A stretch of DNA of 63,405 nucleotides, taken from contig JAQVYS010000004.1 of NCBI GenBank assembly GCA_028708605.1, positions 1 to 63,405 of the forward strand, read 5' to 3'. Below, piece by piece: positions 20,087 through 29,394 of the stretch (the stretch's first letter is position 1; each line of letters begins with the position of its first letter). A program made the translations under genes and the position numbers. This DNA comes from Bacillota bacterium (GTDB taxonomy: Bacteria > Bacillota > DTU065). The notes beneath the pieces are model-generated. The model did not search any database and was not told the origin of the DNA. It was given only the letters and a program-made list of their open reading frames with translations.

Positions 20087-21277
20087 CTACTTTACTAATT
20101 TGTAGGTATCTAGGGCAATAGAGAGTTCTTCGTTAGTTGGGATCAGTAACACCTCTACCTTAGACTCTTTAGTGCTTAACCGTGTTTCTTTCCCTTTTAG
20201 ACCATCATTTAGTTCTTCGTCGATAAAAACACCCATAAAGGCTAGTTCTTTGCAGATATCACGACGAGCTTCATAGTCGTTTTCACCAATACCTGCAGTA
20301 AATACCATACAATCTAACCCGCCAAGGGCTGCCGTGTAAGCACCAACGTATTTGACAATCCTATAAACAAACATCTCATAAACTAGCTGAGCTAATTTAT
20401 TGCCCTCACTTCTTGCCTGTTGGATATCTCTCATATCATTTGAAAGACCAGAAAAGCCTTTAAGGCCACTTTCTTTATTCATCAGAGTGTCTACTTCATC
20501 AGGTGTCATATCAAGTTTTTTACCTATATAAGGGACAATAGCAGGGTCCATATCGCCACAACGAGTTCCCATAACTAATCCTTCAAGTGGTGTAAAGCCC
20601 ATGGATGTATCGATACATTTACCATTCTTTACAGCTGCCATTGAAGAACCATTACCAAGATGAAGAGTAATCATTTTTAGATCGTCTTGGGATTTCCCTA
20701 AAAACTCTGCAGCTCTATTTGTTACATATTTGTGACTAGTACCGTGGAACCCATAACGGCGAATTTTAAAACTCTCGTAAAGATCGTACGGTAGAGCGTA
20801 TAGGTGAGCTTTAGCTGGAATAGTTGCATGGAAGGCTGTGTCAAATGCTCCAATTTGAGGAACATTAGGCATTAAGCTAAAACAAGCTTCAATACCGCCA
20901 ATATTTGCCGGCATATGCAAAGGACCCATTTCAATAAAACCTTTTAGAGTTTCAACTTTTTCTTTATCTAGTATTACTGATTCTGTAAACACTTCTTGTC
21001 CATGCAAAATCCTATGCCCAACAGCATCTATCTCATCAAGACTCTTAATAACCCCAAGCTTTGGGTCTGTTAAAAGGTCGAGGACTTCTTTTAAGGCTAC
21101 CTTATGGTTAGGAAGTTCAAGATCAATTACAGTTTTTTCTCCGTTCTCGTGTTTAATAAATGAATCCGTCCCACCAATTCTTTCTGCAACGCCACTTACT
21201 AAAGATTTTTGTTTGTCCATATCAAAAAGTTTGTACTTTAATGAAGAACTACCACTATTGATTACAAGAATATTCAT
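20087..21277 (-). CDS. ackA: acetate kinase
   Basis: 396 aa: MNILVINSGSSSLKYKLFD, RYGFHGTSH, EELSIA. Confidence 0.95.
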   Translation of the reverse strand: MNILVINSGSSSLKYKLFDMDKQKSLVSGVAERIGGTDSFIKHENGEKTVIDLELPNHKVALKEVLDLLTDPKLGVIKSLDEIDAVGHRILHGQEVFTESVILDKEKVETLKGFIEMGPLHMPANIGGIEACFSLMPNVPQIGAFDTAFHATIPAKAHLYALPYDLYESFKIRRYGFHGTSHKYVTNRAAEFLGKSQDDLKMITLHLGNGSSMAAVKNGKCIDTSMGFTPLEGLVMGTRCGDMDPAIVPYIGKKLDMTPDEVDTLMNKESGLKGFSGLSNDMRDIQQARSEGNKLAQLVYEMFVYRIVKYVGAYTAALGGLDCMVFTAGIGENDYEARRDICKELAFMGVFIDEELNDGLKGKETRLSTKESKVEVLLIPTNEELSIALDTYKLVK

Positions 21278-21896
21278 CGGTGACTACTCTCCTGTTCTTT
21301 ATTGATATTTATGTTAAACAGACTACAACTGCGATTTTTTGTCTTAAATATCAGAATTAGTTTATCATTTATAGCTCTAATGAGTCAACAAAGACTGACC
21401 TCTAATCAAGTCTGAAAAACCTTTCCCTTTTTTTCATCAAAAGTGTTTTTAATTACTGGATTTTTCTTCTTAACTCAACTCGAAACTAGTTCTCCTAAAT
21501 GCAAAACTTAAAGCTTACATTAACTTTAGTTTGCGTTTTAACATCCAAAACAACACTATCGAATGAGGAAAACTCTACTTTGCTCAGGACACTAAAAACG
21601 TGTGTTACTACATTCAATGTTCTAAAAAAAGCAACTCACTAATAAGAACCATACAAGGAAACTGGTCTCCTTTCTTTCGAGTCAAAAACCAGCACGTCAC
21701 AAAAAGCCATAACTCGTATCAAAACGTCCACACCTTATTGCTAGGAATATTAAAAGCAACCTCATCTCAACTCTGGTTTCAGGCTGCTCTCAATATTTAA
21801 AACCACATTTACTAACTGCCTTTTGTATACCTTTAACCTTGGTCTTTTTCAGCTCTCATATTATGTTATAATAGGCTATAATGTAGTTGTAAGGAA

Positions 21897-22409
21897 GTGA
21901 TTATCATTAAAACCAAACACCTTATTACAGCAAGTCTTCTTGCTGCTGTTGCAGTTGTTCTCACTCGATTTTTTGGTATTCCTCTCGGTATCTACCGCAT
22001 ATCTCTAGGGACAATACCAATAATGCTTTCCGGCATAATCCTTGGACCTTTTTGGGGTTTTGCAACAGGAACTGTTGCTGACCTTGTTGGAGTATTAATA
22101 AATTCACAAGGCGGTCCTTACTTTCCAGGCTTTACACTCACTACAGCACTAGTTGGATTTTTACCTGGATTCTTCTTAAAAGACAAAAAACCTTCGCTTG
22201 GAAAACTTGCTCTTGCAATTGGTATTACCGAGATACTATGCCATGTCCTTCTCAATACTGTGTGGGTAAGTATGATTACAGGAAAAGCATACATCGCACT
22301 TTTACCACCAAGAATTGTTTCTAGAATCGTCCACTTCCCAGTTATAACAGGTGCAATCTATTTTCTACTGCACACTGTTCTTGTTCCAACAAAAACGGCA
22401 AAAGACTAA
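21897..22409 (+). CDS. folT: folate-family ECF transporter S component
   Basis: 170 aa, GTG start. LTASLLAAVAVVLTRFFGIPL...IPIMLSGIILGP resembles FolT. An extended -10 (TGtTATAAT, 21864-21872) lies upstream. Confidence 0.6.
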   Translation: MIIIKTKHLITASLLAAVAVVLTRFFGIPLGIYRISLGTIPIMLSGIILGPFWGFATGTVADLVGVLINSQGGPYFPGFTLTTALVGFLPGFFLKDKKPSLGKLALAIGITEILCHVLLNTVWVSMITGKAYIALLPPRIVSRIVHFPVITGAIYFLLHTVLVPTKTAKD

Positions 22410-22876
22410 GGGATTAAGTTTGGAAAGTTTAATTGCCTGAGAGCCTCATAGACAACAATAGCTACTGAACTTGCTAAATTTAGCGAGCGAATATCAGAAA
22501 GCATTGGAACGCGAATACACTCCATAGGATGATTCAATAGTAACTCTTCGGGAAGCCCTCTGGATTCTGGACCAAACATTATAGTATCGTCAATGCTATA
22601 TTGAACATCAGTATATCTTTGGGCGCCTTTGGTAGTTGCAAGCCAAATACGCCCTTTTTGTTTATCCATATAGTATTCGCCTAAGGTGAGGGTCCGTTTT
22701 ATCGATTCTAAGTTGAGATAATCCATACCCGCTCTTTTGACAAGCTTGTCACTAAGATGAAAGCCTAGAGCACCGACTAGATTGAGCTCTACTCCACTTG
22801 CAGAGGCAAGCCGAGCAATATTTCCTGTGTTTTGAGGAATTTCAGGCTCAAAAAGAGCTATTTCCAACTTACTCAC
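22406..22876 (-). CDS. trmL: tRNA (cytidine/uridine-2'-O)-methyltransferase TrmL (SpoU family)
   Basis: 156 aa: LFEPEIPQNTGNIARL ... SLNLASSVAIVVYE. Confidence 0.85.
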   Translation of the reverse strand: MSKLEIALFEPEIPQNTGNIARLASASGVELNLVGALGFHLSDKLVKRAGMDYLNLESIKRTLTLGEYYMDKQKGRIWLATTKGAQRYTDVQYSIDDTIMFGPESRGLPEELLLNHPMECIRVPMLSDIRSLNLASSVAIVVYEALRQLNFPNLIP

Positions 22877-22979
22877 TCCTTTTTTTAAAAGCTTCCCTTA
22901 CAAGTATACACTGTGTTTGCTAAAATTTTTAGATTTGATCTCGTATATTAGTAAAAACTTTTCTTTTCGGAGGTGCGAT

Positions 22980-24899
22980 ATGGGCTTAAATATAACCCAA
23001 AAGATTATTAAAAGTCATCTTGTATCAGGGGAGATGGTCCCTGGCAAAGAAATTGGTATAAAGATTGATCAAACTCTTACTCAAGACGCAACAGGTACTA
23101 TGGCATATCTTCAGTTTAGAGCCATGGATATTCCCACAGTAAAAACTCAACTATCCGTCAGTTATGTCGATCATAATACACTCCAGTCTGACTTTAAAAA
23201 TGCTGATGATCATCGCTTTCTCCAAACTGTTGCAAGTAAACATGGCATCTACTTTAGTAAACCAGGTAATGGTATCTGTCACCAGGTTCACTTAGAAAGA
23301 TTTGGCAAGCCCGCTAAAACTCTTTTAGGTTCAGACAGTCACACTCCAACTGGTGGCGGGATTGGTATGTTAGCAATAGGCGCAGGTGGTCTTGATGTAG
23401 CTGTCGCTATGGCAGGGCAGCCTTTTTATCTTCCCATGCCTAAGATTGTACGTGTGGAATTAAAAAACAGCCTGAAGCCCTGGGTATCTGCTAAGGATGT
23501 TATTTTACATCTACTTTCTTTAATAAGTGTCAAAGGCGGAGTTAATAAGATCATGGAATATGGCGGTGAAGGAGTCACAACATTAAGTGTCCCTGAAAGA
23601 GCCACGATCACTAATATGGGAGCAGAACTAGGTGCAACTACTTCAATCTTCCCATCTGATAATAACACTAAAAAGTTCTTAGAAGCTCAAGGTCGCCTAA
23701 AGGATTTTACGCCTCTAACATCTGACAGCGATGCTACCTATGATGAGGTAATTGTTATTAATCTAGCAGAGCTTGAGCCTCTTGCAGCTTGTCCACACTC
23801 ACCTGACAATATCATGCCAATTAAAGACCTAGACCTAACGGTTAACCAGGTTGTAATTGGTAGCTGCACCAACTCTTCTTATACAGACATGAAAAGAATC
23901 AGCGAAATTCTAAAAGGAAAAAAAGTTCACCCTGAAGTGAGTCTCGCAATTGCTCCAGGCTCTAGACAAGTGCTAGAAATGCTTGCAAGAGATGGTTCGC
24001 TTGCAAACCTAATCTCAGCTGGAGCTAGAATCTTAGAATCTGCTTGCGGTCCTTGTATTGGTATGGGCCAAGCTCCAAATAGTGGTGGAATAACTCTAAG
24101 AACCTTTAATCGTAACTTTGAAGGTCGCTCTGGTACTAAAGACGCTTCAGTCTATTTAGTAAGTCCTGAAACTGCAGCAGCAAGTGCTCTCTCAAGCAAA
24201 ATAACTGACCCTAGAACCTTAGGCGCATATATCCCTGTTAATATGCCTGAAAAATATTTGCTTGATGATAGCATGATTCTTGCGCCATCAAATCAGCCAG
24301 AAAAGGTAACGGTTGTACTTGGACCAAACATTAAGCCTGTCCCAATAGGAGAGCCTCTAAAGAGTCAAATGGAACTCCCTATATCAATTAAAGTTGGAGA
24401 CAACATTACAACAGATCACATTATGCCAGCTGGTGCGAAGGTGCTGCCTTTCCGCTCTAATATTCCTGCAATTAGTGAGTTCGTTTTTAGTGCTATAGAT
24501 CCTGGTTTCTCAAATAGATCAAAGGAGCTTGGACAGAGCATCATCATCGGTGGTCAAAACTATGGCCAAGGCTCTAGCCGAGAGCATGCTGCTCTTGCTC
24601 CAATGTATCTAGGAGTTAGAGTCGTTATTGCTAAGTCATTTGCTCGCATTCACAAGGCAAACCTTGTTAACTTTGGTATTCTACCCCTTGAATTTAAAGA
24701 TCCTGCTGATTTTGACTTTTTAGAGCAAAACGATACTTTACTTTTGGATAATCTCTTAACCGACTTAAGAGGCGGTACGGTTAATGTCACAAACCGAAGA
24801 ACTGGAAGAAATATTGAGTTAACAGTAGATTTGAGCCCACGTCAGCTTGATGTTATTGAGAAAGGTGGCCTTTTAGCTTTTACTAAAGCTAAGGCTTAG
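22980..24899 (+). CDS. aconitate hydratase (~640-aa type)
   Basis: Track ORF starts at 22917, but ATG 22980 follows GGAGGTG. Motifs: DQTLTQDATG, GSDSHT, IGSCTNSS, CGPCIGMG. Confidence 0.85.
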   Translation: MGLNITQKIIKSHLVSGEMVPGKEIGIKIDQTLTQDATGTMAYLQFRAMDIPTVKTQLSVSYVDHNTLQSDFKNADDHRFLQTVASKHGIYFSKPGNGICHQVHLERFGKPAKTLLGSDSHTPTGGGIGMLAIGAGGLDVAVAMAGQPFYLPMPKIVRVELKNSLKPWVSAKDVILHLLSLISVKGGVNKIMEYGGEGVTTLSVPERATITNMGAELGATTSIFPSDNNTKKFLEAQGRLKDFTPLTSDSDATYDEVIVINLAELEPLAACPHSPDNIMPIKDLDLTVNQVVIGSCTNSSYTDMKRISEILKGKKVHPEVSLAIAPGSRQVLEMLARDGSLANLISAGARILESACGPCIGMGQAPNSGGITLRTFNRNFEGRSGTKDASVYLVSPETAAASALSSKITDPRTLGAYIPVNMPEKYLLDDSMILAPSNQPEKVTVVLGPNIKPVPIGEPLKSQMELPISIKVGDNITTDHIMPAGAKVLPFRSNIPAISEFVFSAIDPGFSNRSKELGQSIIIGGQNYGQGSSREHAALAPMYLGVRVVIAKSFARIHKANLVNFGILPLEFKDPADFDFLEQNDTLLLDNLLTDLRGGTVNVTNRRTGRNIELTVDLSPRQLDVIEKGGLLAFTKAKA

Positions 24900-24928
24900 G
24901 GCCTTTAGATAAGAAGGGAGAGATCTAA

Positions 24929-26500
24929 TTGACAAGCCCAGAGAGCCTTTTAGATGGCATGTCCTTAAAACAAAAGATCGGACAGCTTATAACCCTTGGT
25001 ATCCCCTCTCCAAGGTTTAGTCAGGAGGACATTAACCTTATAAAGACCATTGAACCTGGTGGGGTGATCTATTTTAGTCGTAACATTAAGAAGCCAGCTC
25101 AAATCAGAGAACTTAGCCAGGCTCTACAAAATTTAAGCTCTACTCCTCTTTTTATCTGTACTGATCAAGAAGGTGGATCGGTATTAAGAATCATAGACGG
25201 CGTTACAGTTTTTCCCGGTAATATGGCTTTAGGTGCTACAAAATCAACAGCGATGTCCTATCAAGCTGGGAAAATAACAGGTGAAGAACTCTATCGCCTA
25301 GGCATCAACATGAATTTAGCTCCTTGTCTTGATGTAAATAACAATCCGAAAAACCCTGTTATTGGCCTAAGATCATTCGGAGAGGACCCGAAACTTGTAG
25401 CAGACCTTGGCTCAGCTTTTGCTTTAGGACTCCAGGACGCAAACGTAATTTCAACTGGCAAGCATTTCCCTGGACATGGAGACACAGAGATAGATAGTCA
25501 TCATCTGCTGCCTGTTGTCGGTCACGATAAAAATCATTTAGATGAAGTAGAACTTCTACCTTTTAAAGATGCCATACAAAAAGGCATTGGAGCTATCATG
25601 ACAGCTCATATTGCCTTCCCTGCTATCGAAGAAAATACCAAAATCCCAGCCACACTTTCAAAGAAAGTGCTCACAGGACTCTTACGAGACGAGCTCGGCT
25701 TTAAAGGACTTATTATGACAGATTGCATGGAGATGAAAGCTATTAAGGATTCTTTTGGTACCATAGAAGGGGCGGTGCTTGCAATTGAAGCCGGAGCTGA
25801 CATGATTTTAGTCTCACATACGCCCTCTTTGCAGCTGCAAGTCTTTAATGCTCTTTTAGAGGCAGTGAACCTAAACCGAATTAGTGAAAAAACACTACAC
25901 AAGGCTGTTTTACGAATTCTAAAAACAAAATCAGACTTTGGTATAATTGGTCAAGACTGGGCCAAAAGTAGATTAGAAAAACCCTTAAAAGCAAATACCG
26001 ATACTGCTACTTTTATTGCAAAGAGTGCCCTTACAGTTTTAAAAGGTAAAGACCTTTTGCCAATCAACGGGAAAATTGCCGTAATTGACTTTGAAACTAA
26101 AGCTAAAACTATTGCTGAGGAAGTAATTAAAAACGAAGTTTATTTAGGCGATCTAGCTCCAAAAGAGGCAGTTAAAATTCGTTTAGCTTCTAATGGCGAA
26201 GACTACAGCGAAGAGTTAGTAGCAATAAAGGCATTAGATGCTGATATCTTCGTCGTCCAAACCATGGATGCTCACTTAAATAGAAATCAAATGGAGTTTG
26301 TTAAAGAGTTAAAATGTTTTGGAAAACTTATCTTTGCAGTAGGTTTAAGAGCTCCTTATGAATACAGCGTTTTAAAAGATTATGTAGACTTGTACCTTGC
26401 AACGTATAGCTATAGAAAGTCTTCTCTAGAGGCAGCTTGGGATGTGTTAACTGGCAAAGCTAGAGCTCCAGGCATCTTACCTGTAACCGTAATCGGGTAG
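24929..26500 (+). CDS. glycoside hydrolase family 3 (NagZ-like beta-N-acetylhexosaminidase) with C-terminal extension
   Basis: 523 aa: KHFPGHGDTEIDSHH, MTDCMEM. The stop codon (26498-26500) is overlapped by the predicted 3' terminal helix of the group II intron on the opposite strand. Confidence 0.8.
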   Translation: MTSPESLLDGMSLKQKIGQLITLGIPSPRFSQEDINLIKTIEPGGVIYFSRNIKKPAQIRELSQALQNLSSTPLFICTDQEGGSVLRIIDGVTVFPGNMALGATKSTAMSYQAGKITGEELYRLGINMNLAPCLDVNNNPKNPVIGLRSFGEDPKLVADLGSAFALGLQDANVISTGKHFPGHGDTEIDSHHLLPVVGHDKNHLDEVELLPFKDAIQKGIGAIMTAHIAFPAIEENTKIPATLSKKVLTGLLRDELGFKGLIMTDCMEMKAIKDSFGTIEGAVLAIEAGADMILVSHTPSLQLQVFNALLEAVNLNRISEKTLHKAVLRILKTKSDFGIIGQDWAKSRLEKPLKANTDTATFIAKSALTVLKGKDLLPINGKIAVIDFETKAKTIAEEVIKNEVYLGDLAPKEAVKIRLASNGEDYSEELVAIKALDADIFVVQTMDAHLNRNQMEFVKELKCFGKLIFAVGLRAPYEYSVLKDYVDLYLATYSYRKSSLEAAWDVLTGKARAPGILPVTVIG

Positions 26501-26815
26501 GAGGCTACCCATTATTTGAGTAGCCGACCTCCCACACCACCGTGCTTACCGTTCGGTACACGGCGGTTCCCTTGTTTACGCTGTAACATACTGGTAATAA
26601 TCCGAAAAGTATAAGAAACCTAATTTTCGTACAACATCATTAGTTAACGTTTTATTTAGAATAGAGCTATTGGAGATTCTCCAGTAGCTCTTTCTTGTGT
26701 TCGCATTCATCCAGGCTTCCTCTGCGTGCATGCCATAGGTTTGCAACATCTGGAACTTTGTTTTGGTTCGCTTCCATTGTTTCCAGTAGACCATGCGAAT
26801 ACGTCTCCTTATCCA
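26497..26815 (-). mobile_element. group II intron, 3' segment (maturase C-terminus, domain V, domain VI); 3' boundary +/-15 nt
   Basis: Minus strand encodes WIRRRIRMVYWKQWKRTKTKFQMLQTYG...ANTRKSYWRISNS (maturase X / C-terminal block; stop at 26576). Next comes a DV-like helix at 26567-26536: ACCGCCGTG-TACC-GAAC-GGTA-[AG bulge]-CACGGTGGT. A terminal hairpin follows: GTGGGAGG...CCTCCTAC. Confidence 0.8.
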
Positions 26816-26866
26816 TTTGGGAGCGTTTTGTCAAGACCGTATTTGTGTCACTTGCAAAATAACACA

Positions 26867-27028
26867 TCACGCACTTTCCTTGTGAATATCCTCTTTTACC
26901 GCCCTGAGTGCCTTTTCCTGCATACTCATACCCTCATCCCTAAAATTCATCACTATCTCATAATTTGTATTGCCTATGGTGGTTTCAAAGCTCCCACCGG
27001 CATTGTACTTTGTCTCTCTTTCTTCCAT
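26867..27028 (-). CDS. TnpW-like small transposon protein (53 aa; below the ORF-track cutoff)
   Basis: AGGGAGA RBS, then MEERETKYNAGGSFETTIGNTNYEIVMNFRDEGMSMQEKALRAVKEDIHKESA*. The IGxTxYxVxxxF...K..R pattern and the position after the relaxase match tnpW of Tn4451-type elements (recalled from memory). Confidence 0.5.
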   Translation of the reverse strand: MEERETKYNAGGSFETTIGNTNYEIVMNFRDEGMSMQEKALRAVKEDIHKESA

Positions 27029-27090
27029 GCTTCTCCCTTCACGCAAAAAGGACAGCTACAAACCACTGTCTGTAAACTGCCCTCTCGCTG

Positions 27091-28638
27091 TTATAATGAC
27101 CGTTCATTTTTCTTGTGCTTCGGCACTCTGTTTCTTTGCCTCTGCTCTGCTTCTCTCGTCAAGGCATACATCTTTCTGTTATGCTCTATAACCTCTGCGG
27201 ATGCAAGCTCCGTAACAACCTTTGCATAGCCTGGATTGCTCTCTTGCAATTTTGCTTCAAGCTGGGCTTTCTGCTCCGTCCACTTCTTCGGTGTAATCTT
27301 CTCTTCCGGTGCAAGCATTCTTTTCAAATCTGCCCGATAACTATCGTACATTTCAAGCTCCGTTTGATGGGCTTTATCATAATTACGCTTGGCAAATCCT
27401 TTCATAGAATTGCTCGTTTTATGATATTCCACATAAGGCTGTAACTCACTGTACGCATAAAGCAACTGCTCCAGTCTTGCTATCTGCTCCGCTATGCCCT
27501 GCCTTTCTTGTGCCAGTTTTTCATAAGCCGGCACACGCTGTTCCATAAATCCCTGCAACTGCTCAAAGCTCTCAATCTGATTTGAAACAACAAACTGCTC
27601 CATTCTGTCCTGCTCCTGCAATGCCTGCCTCTGGGAAATCTTTTTCAGATACTTGCTACCCACAACCGGAATATCCAGTCTGCCTTTTCTGCCGACAACT
27701 GCCCTTATCATATCAAGCACTTCATTGGCAGTATTGCGCACTGCTTCGACCGGCTTGGAATTAACAAGCTTCTGCAACTGTTCCTCTGCTTTTGCCACAA
27801 GCATTTTTGCAGTAAGAATCGCCTTATTCTGCTCCATAATTCTACGGTTGATATTTCCTCTCTCGGTCTGTATGCCTGCTCTCTCAAGCGCACTGGCTTT
27901 TTCTCCCAAATGTATCTGTGGGATAATATCAAGCCCCTGCGCCTCAAAGGAACGGTGTTCCCAAAAATTCTCCGTCAATCCGTTCTTCTCATTGATTGCA
28001 TTGATAGTGTCTGCCCAGTTCTTGCGCCACCTCTTTGCATTCTCCTTATTGTTCCATCCGGTCACATCCTGCGTGGTGCATTTATAGTTCCCCTTCTTGG
28101 TTCTAATCTTGTTCCCATCTGCATCCAGTATATAAATCTTTTTCTGCTTTTCTCCCCATGTTCCATCTTCCATAATCGGTCGCATGGTCATCATAATATG
28201 ACAATGCAAGTTCCTCTGATGCGTAACCGGATTTTCAGAGTCATGAATAGCAAACTGCACACACATTCCCTCATCCAAAAAATTACGCTTCACATAATCC
28301 CTCACTACCTCGGTGGCAAGCTCATAGCTCCATTCATTCGGAATAGAAATCTTGTATGACCTTGCAAGCTGTGCCTTGGAATTATTTTTCTCACGCATTT
28401 CCACTGAGTTCCACAATACAGATGGGTCTGCATATTCCTCCGGCGCATTCTCCGGTAGCATAACCTCACTATGCACCAAATCTTCACTATACTTGGGATA
28501 ATAATAAGTTCCGTCATATTCAGAGTACATGGTGGTACGGCTGATATATGCTGACCTGTCAACTGCGGATGAGCCACCACTGCACTTTGCGCCCCTGCCT
28601 ATGATAGCAATACGAGTACTTAGGCTTTTTACAGCCAT
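27091..28638 (-). CDS. MobA/MobL (MobQ-type) relaxase
   Basis: Track ORF extends to 28659, but ATG 28638 follows AAAGAGGTG. N-terminus has AVDRSAYISR (catalytic Tyr region) and HDSENPVTHQRNLHCHIMM (HxDxxxxH.H histidine triad). Long coiled-coil C-terminus. Confidence 0.8.
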   Translation of the reverse strand: MAVKSLSTRIAIIGRGAKCSGGSSAVDRSAYISRTTMYSEYDGTYYYPKYSEDLVHSEVMLPENAPEEYADPSVLWNSVEMREKNNSKAQLARSYKISIPNEWSYELATEVVRDYVKRNFLDEGMCVQFAIHDSENPVTHQRNLHCHIMMTMRPIMEDGTWGEKQKKIYILDADGNKIRTKKGNYKCTTQDVTGWNNKENAKRWRKNWADTINAINEKNGLTENFWEHRSFEAQGLDIIPQIHLGEKASALERAGIQTERGNINRRIMEQNKAILTAKMLVAKAEEQLQKLVNSKPVEAVRNTANEVLDMIRAVVGRKGRLDIPVVGSKYLKKISQRQALQEQDRMEQFVVSNQIESFEQLQGFMEQRVPAYEKLAQERQGIAEQIARLEQLLYAYSELQPYVEYHKTSNSMKGFAKRNYDKAHQTELEMYDSYRADLKRMLAPEEKITPKKWTEQKAQLEAKLQESNPGYAKVVTELASAEVIEHNRKMYALTREAEQRQRNRVPKHKKNERSL

Positions 28639-28659
28639 AGAAACACCTCTTTTCTGCAT

Positions 28660-28914
28660 GGACTATGGCTGACCGATACAGTGGACTTTGCGGTATCGGC
28701 TGACTTTGTGGGCAGTGCAGCTCCGCTCTTTGGAGCTTCACTGAACGCAAAGTATGCAAATGGGTAGGTGCGCCCTCTGCACCGAAGGGAAAACGCAGTG
28801 TTCCCTTTTGACTGCCCTCGGCAGGCAATGGCTGTCTGCAAGACCCCTCGGAGAGCGCACATACCATCGCAGATGGTATATCTGTGCGCAACGAAAAAAT
28901 TTCGTTGAATGGTT
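28660..28914 (-). promoter_or_regulatory. candidate oriT / mob promoter region (cluster of inverted repeats)
   Basis: Inverted repeats: CCGATAC(13)GTATCGG at 28673-28699, AGCTCC(7)GGAGCT at 28719-28737, and GCGCACATACCAT-cgcag-ATGGTATatctGTGCGC at 28855-28889. Non-coding and directly upstream of the relaxase. Confidence 0.45.
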
Positions 28915-29268
28915 TTAAGCACTTTCGCCCTTGCCGGCACCTTCATCATTAGCCACCTCACTTTCAGATTTTGCAAATGCACTGCCACTCTTTTCAGCAC
29001 TTTCCTTTTTCACAATTTCAATAATACGCTGGCACTGCTCTGACTTGATAGCGGATGCAATAATGCGGTTCAGCTCCAACTCGTCAAACTGGTAGCACTC
29101 GGGAAAGTATTTATGAATAATACCGCCCATCATGTACTTATGCTGATTTTCCTCTTTTCTCTTCTTTGCTCCCTCTTTCCTCTTAGCTTCTGCCAGTCTC
29201 GCCTTGGCTTGTGCCAACTGCTCCTCTGCTCTTAAAATTTCTGCTGATTTTTCGTTGTTCTTAATCAT
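28915..29268 (-). CDS. coiled-coil mobilisation accessory protein (DUF3847-like)
   Basis: Start taken at the Met preceded by AAGGAGA (MIKNNEKSAEILRAEEQLAQAKARLAEAKRKE...). Lys/Glu-rich helix followed by GGIIHKYFPE. This kind of protein commonly sits upstream of MobA/L relaxases. Confidence 0.5.
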   Translation of the reverse strand: MIKNNEKSAEILRAEEQLAQAKARLAEAKRKEGAKKRKEENQHKYMMGGIIHKYFPECYQFDELELNRIIASAIKSEQCQRIIEIVKKESAEKSGSAFAKSESEVANDEGAGKGESA

Positions 29269-29302
29269 GTTTTTCATTCTCCTTTTCTTCATTTTGGGTA
29301 AC

Positions 29303-29344
29303 AAAAAAGGCGGTCATGGTTTTGACTTTCCATGCCACCTTTTT
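29303..29344 (-). terminator. intrinsic terminator after the hydrolase cargo gene
   Basis: Minus strand reads GGTGGCATGG-aaagtcaaaa-CCATGACCGCC followed by TTTTTT. Confidence 0.6.
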
Positions 29345-29394
29345 GGTGTTCGATATTAAATTAAAGTGCGGTGAAACCTGAAATTTTCAAGTGC

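Noticed and set aside
21600-21896. Possible THF riboswitch in front of folT, and ORF 21600..21800.
   Set aside because: I could not find the conserved THF-I blocks (GAGUAG...CGCGUUAAG...). The ORF has no RBS or motif. It is left as an unexplained gap and not called.
26726-27229. Track ORFs 26726..27229 and 26970..27191 (+).
   Set aside because: They run antisense across the intron/IME junction, the TnpW-like ORF and the relaxase 3' end. A real gene would not span an insertion junction in this way.
28559-29000. Track ORFs 28559..28891 and 28629..29000 (-), 110-123 aa.
   Set aside because: They lie in the G+C-rich, repeat-filled relaxase upstream region. They have overlapping frames, no RBS and Arg/Ala/Gly-biased composition. 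This region is better explained as oriT/promoter DNA.
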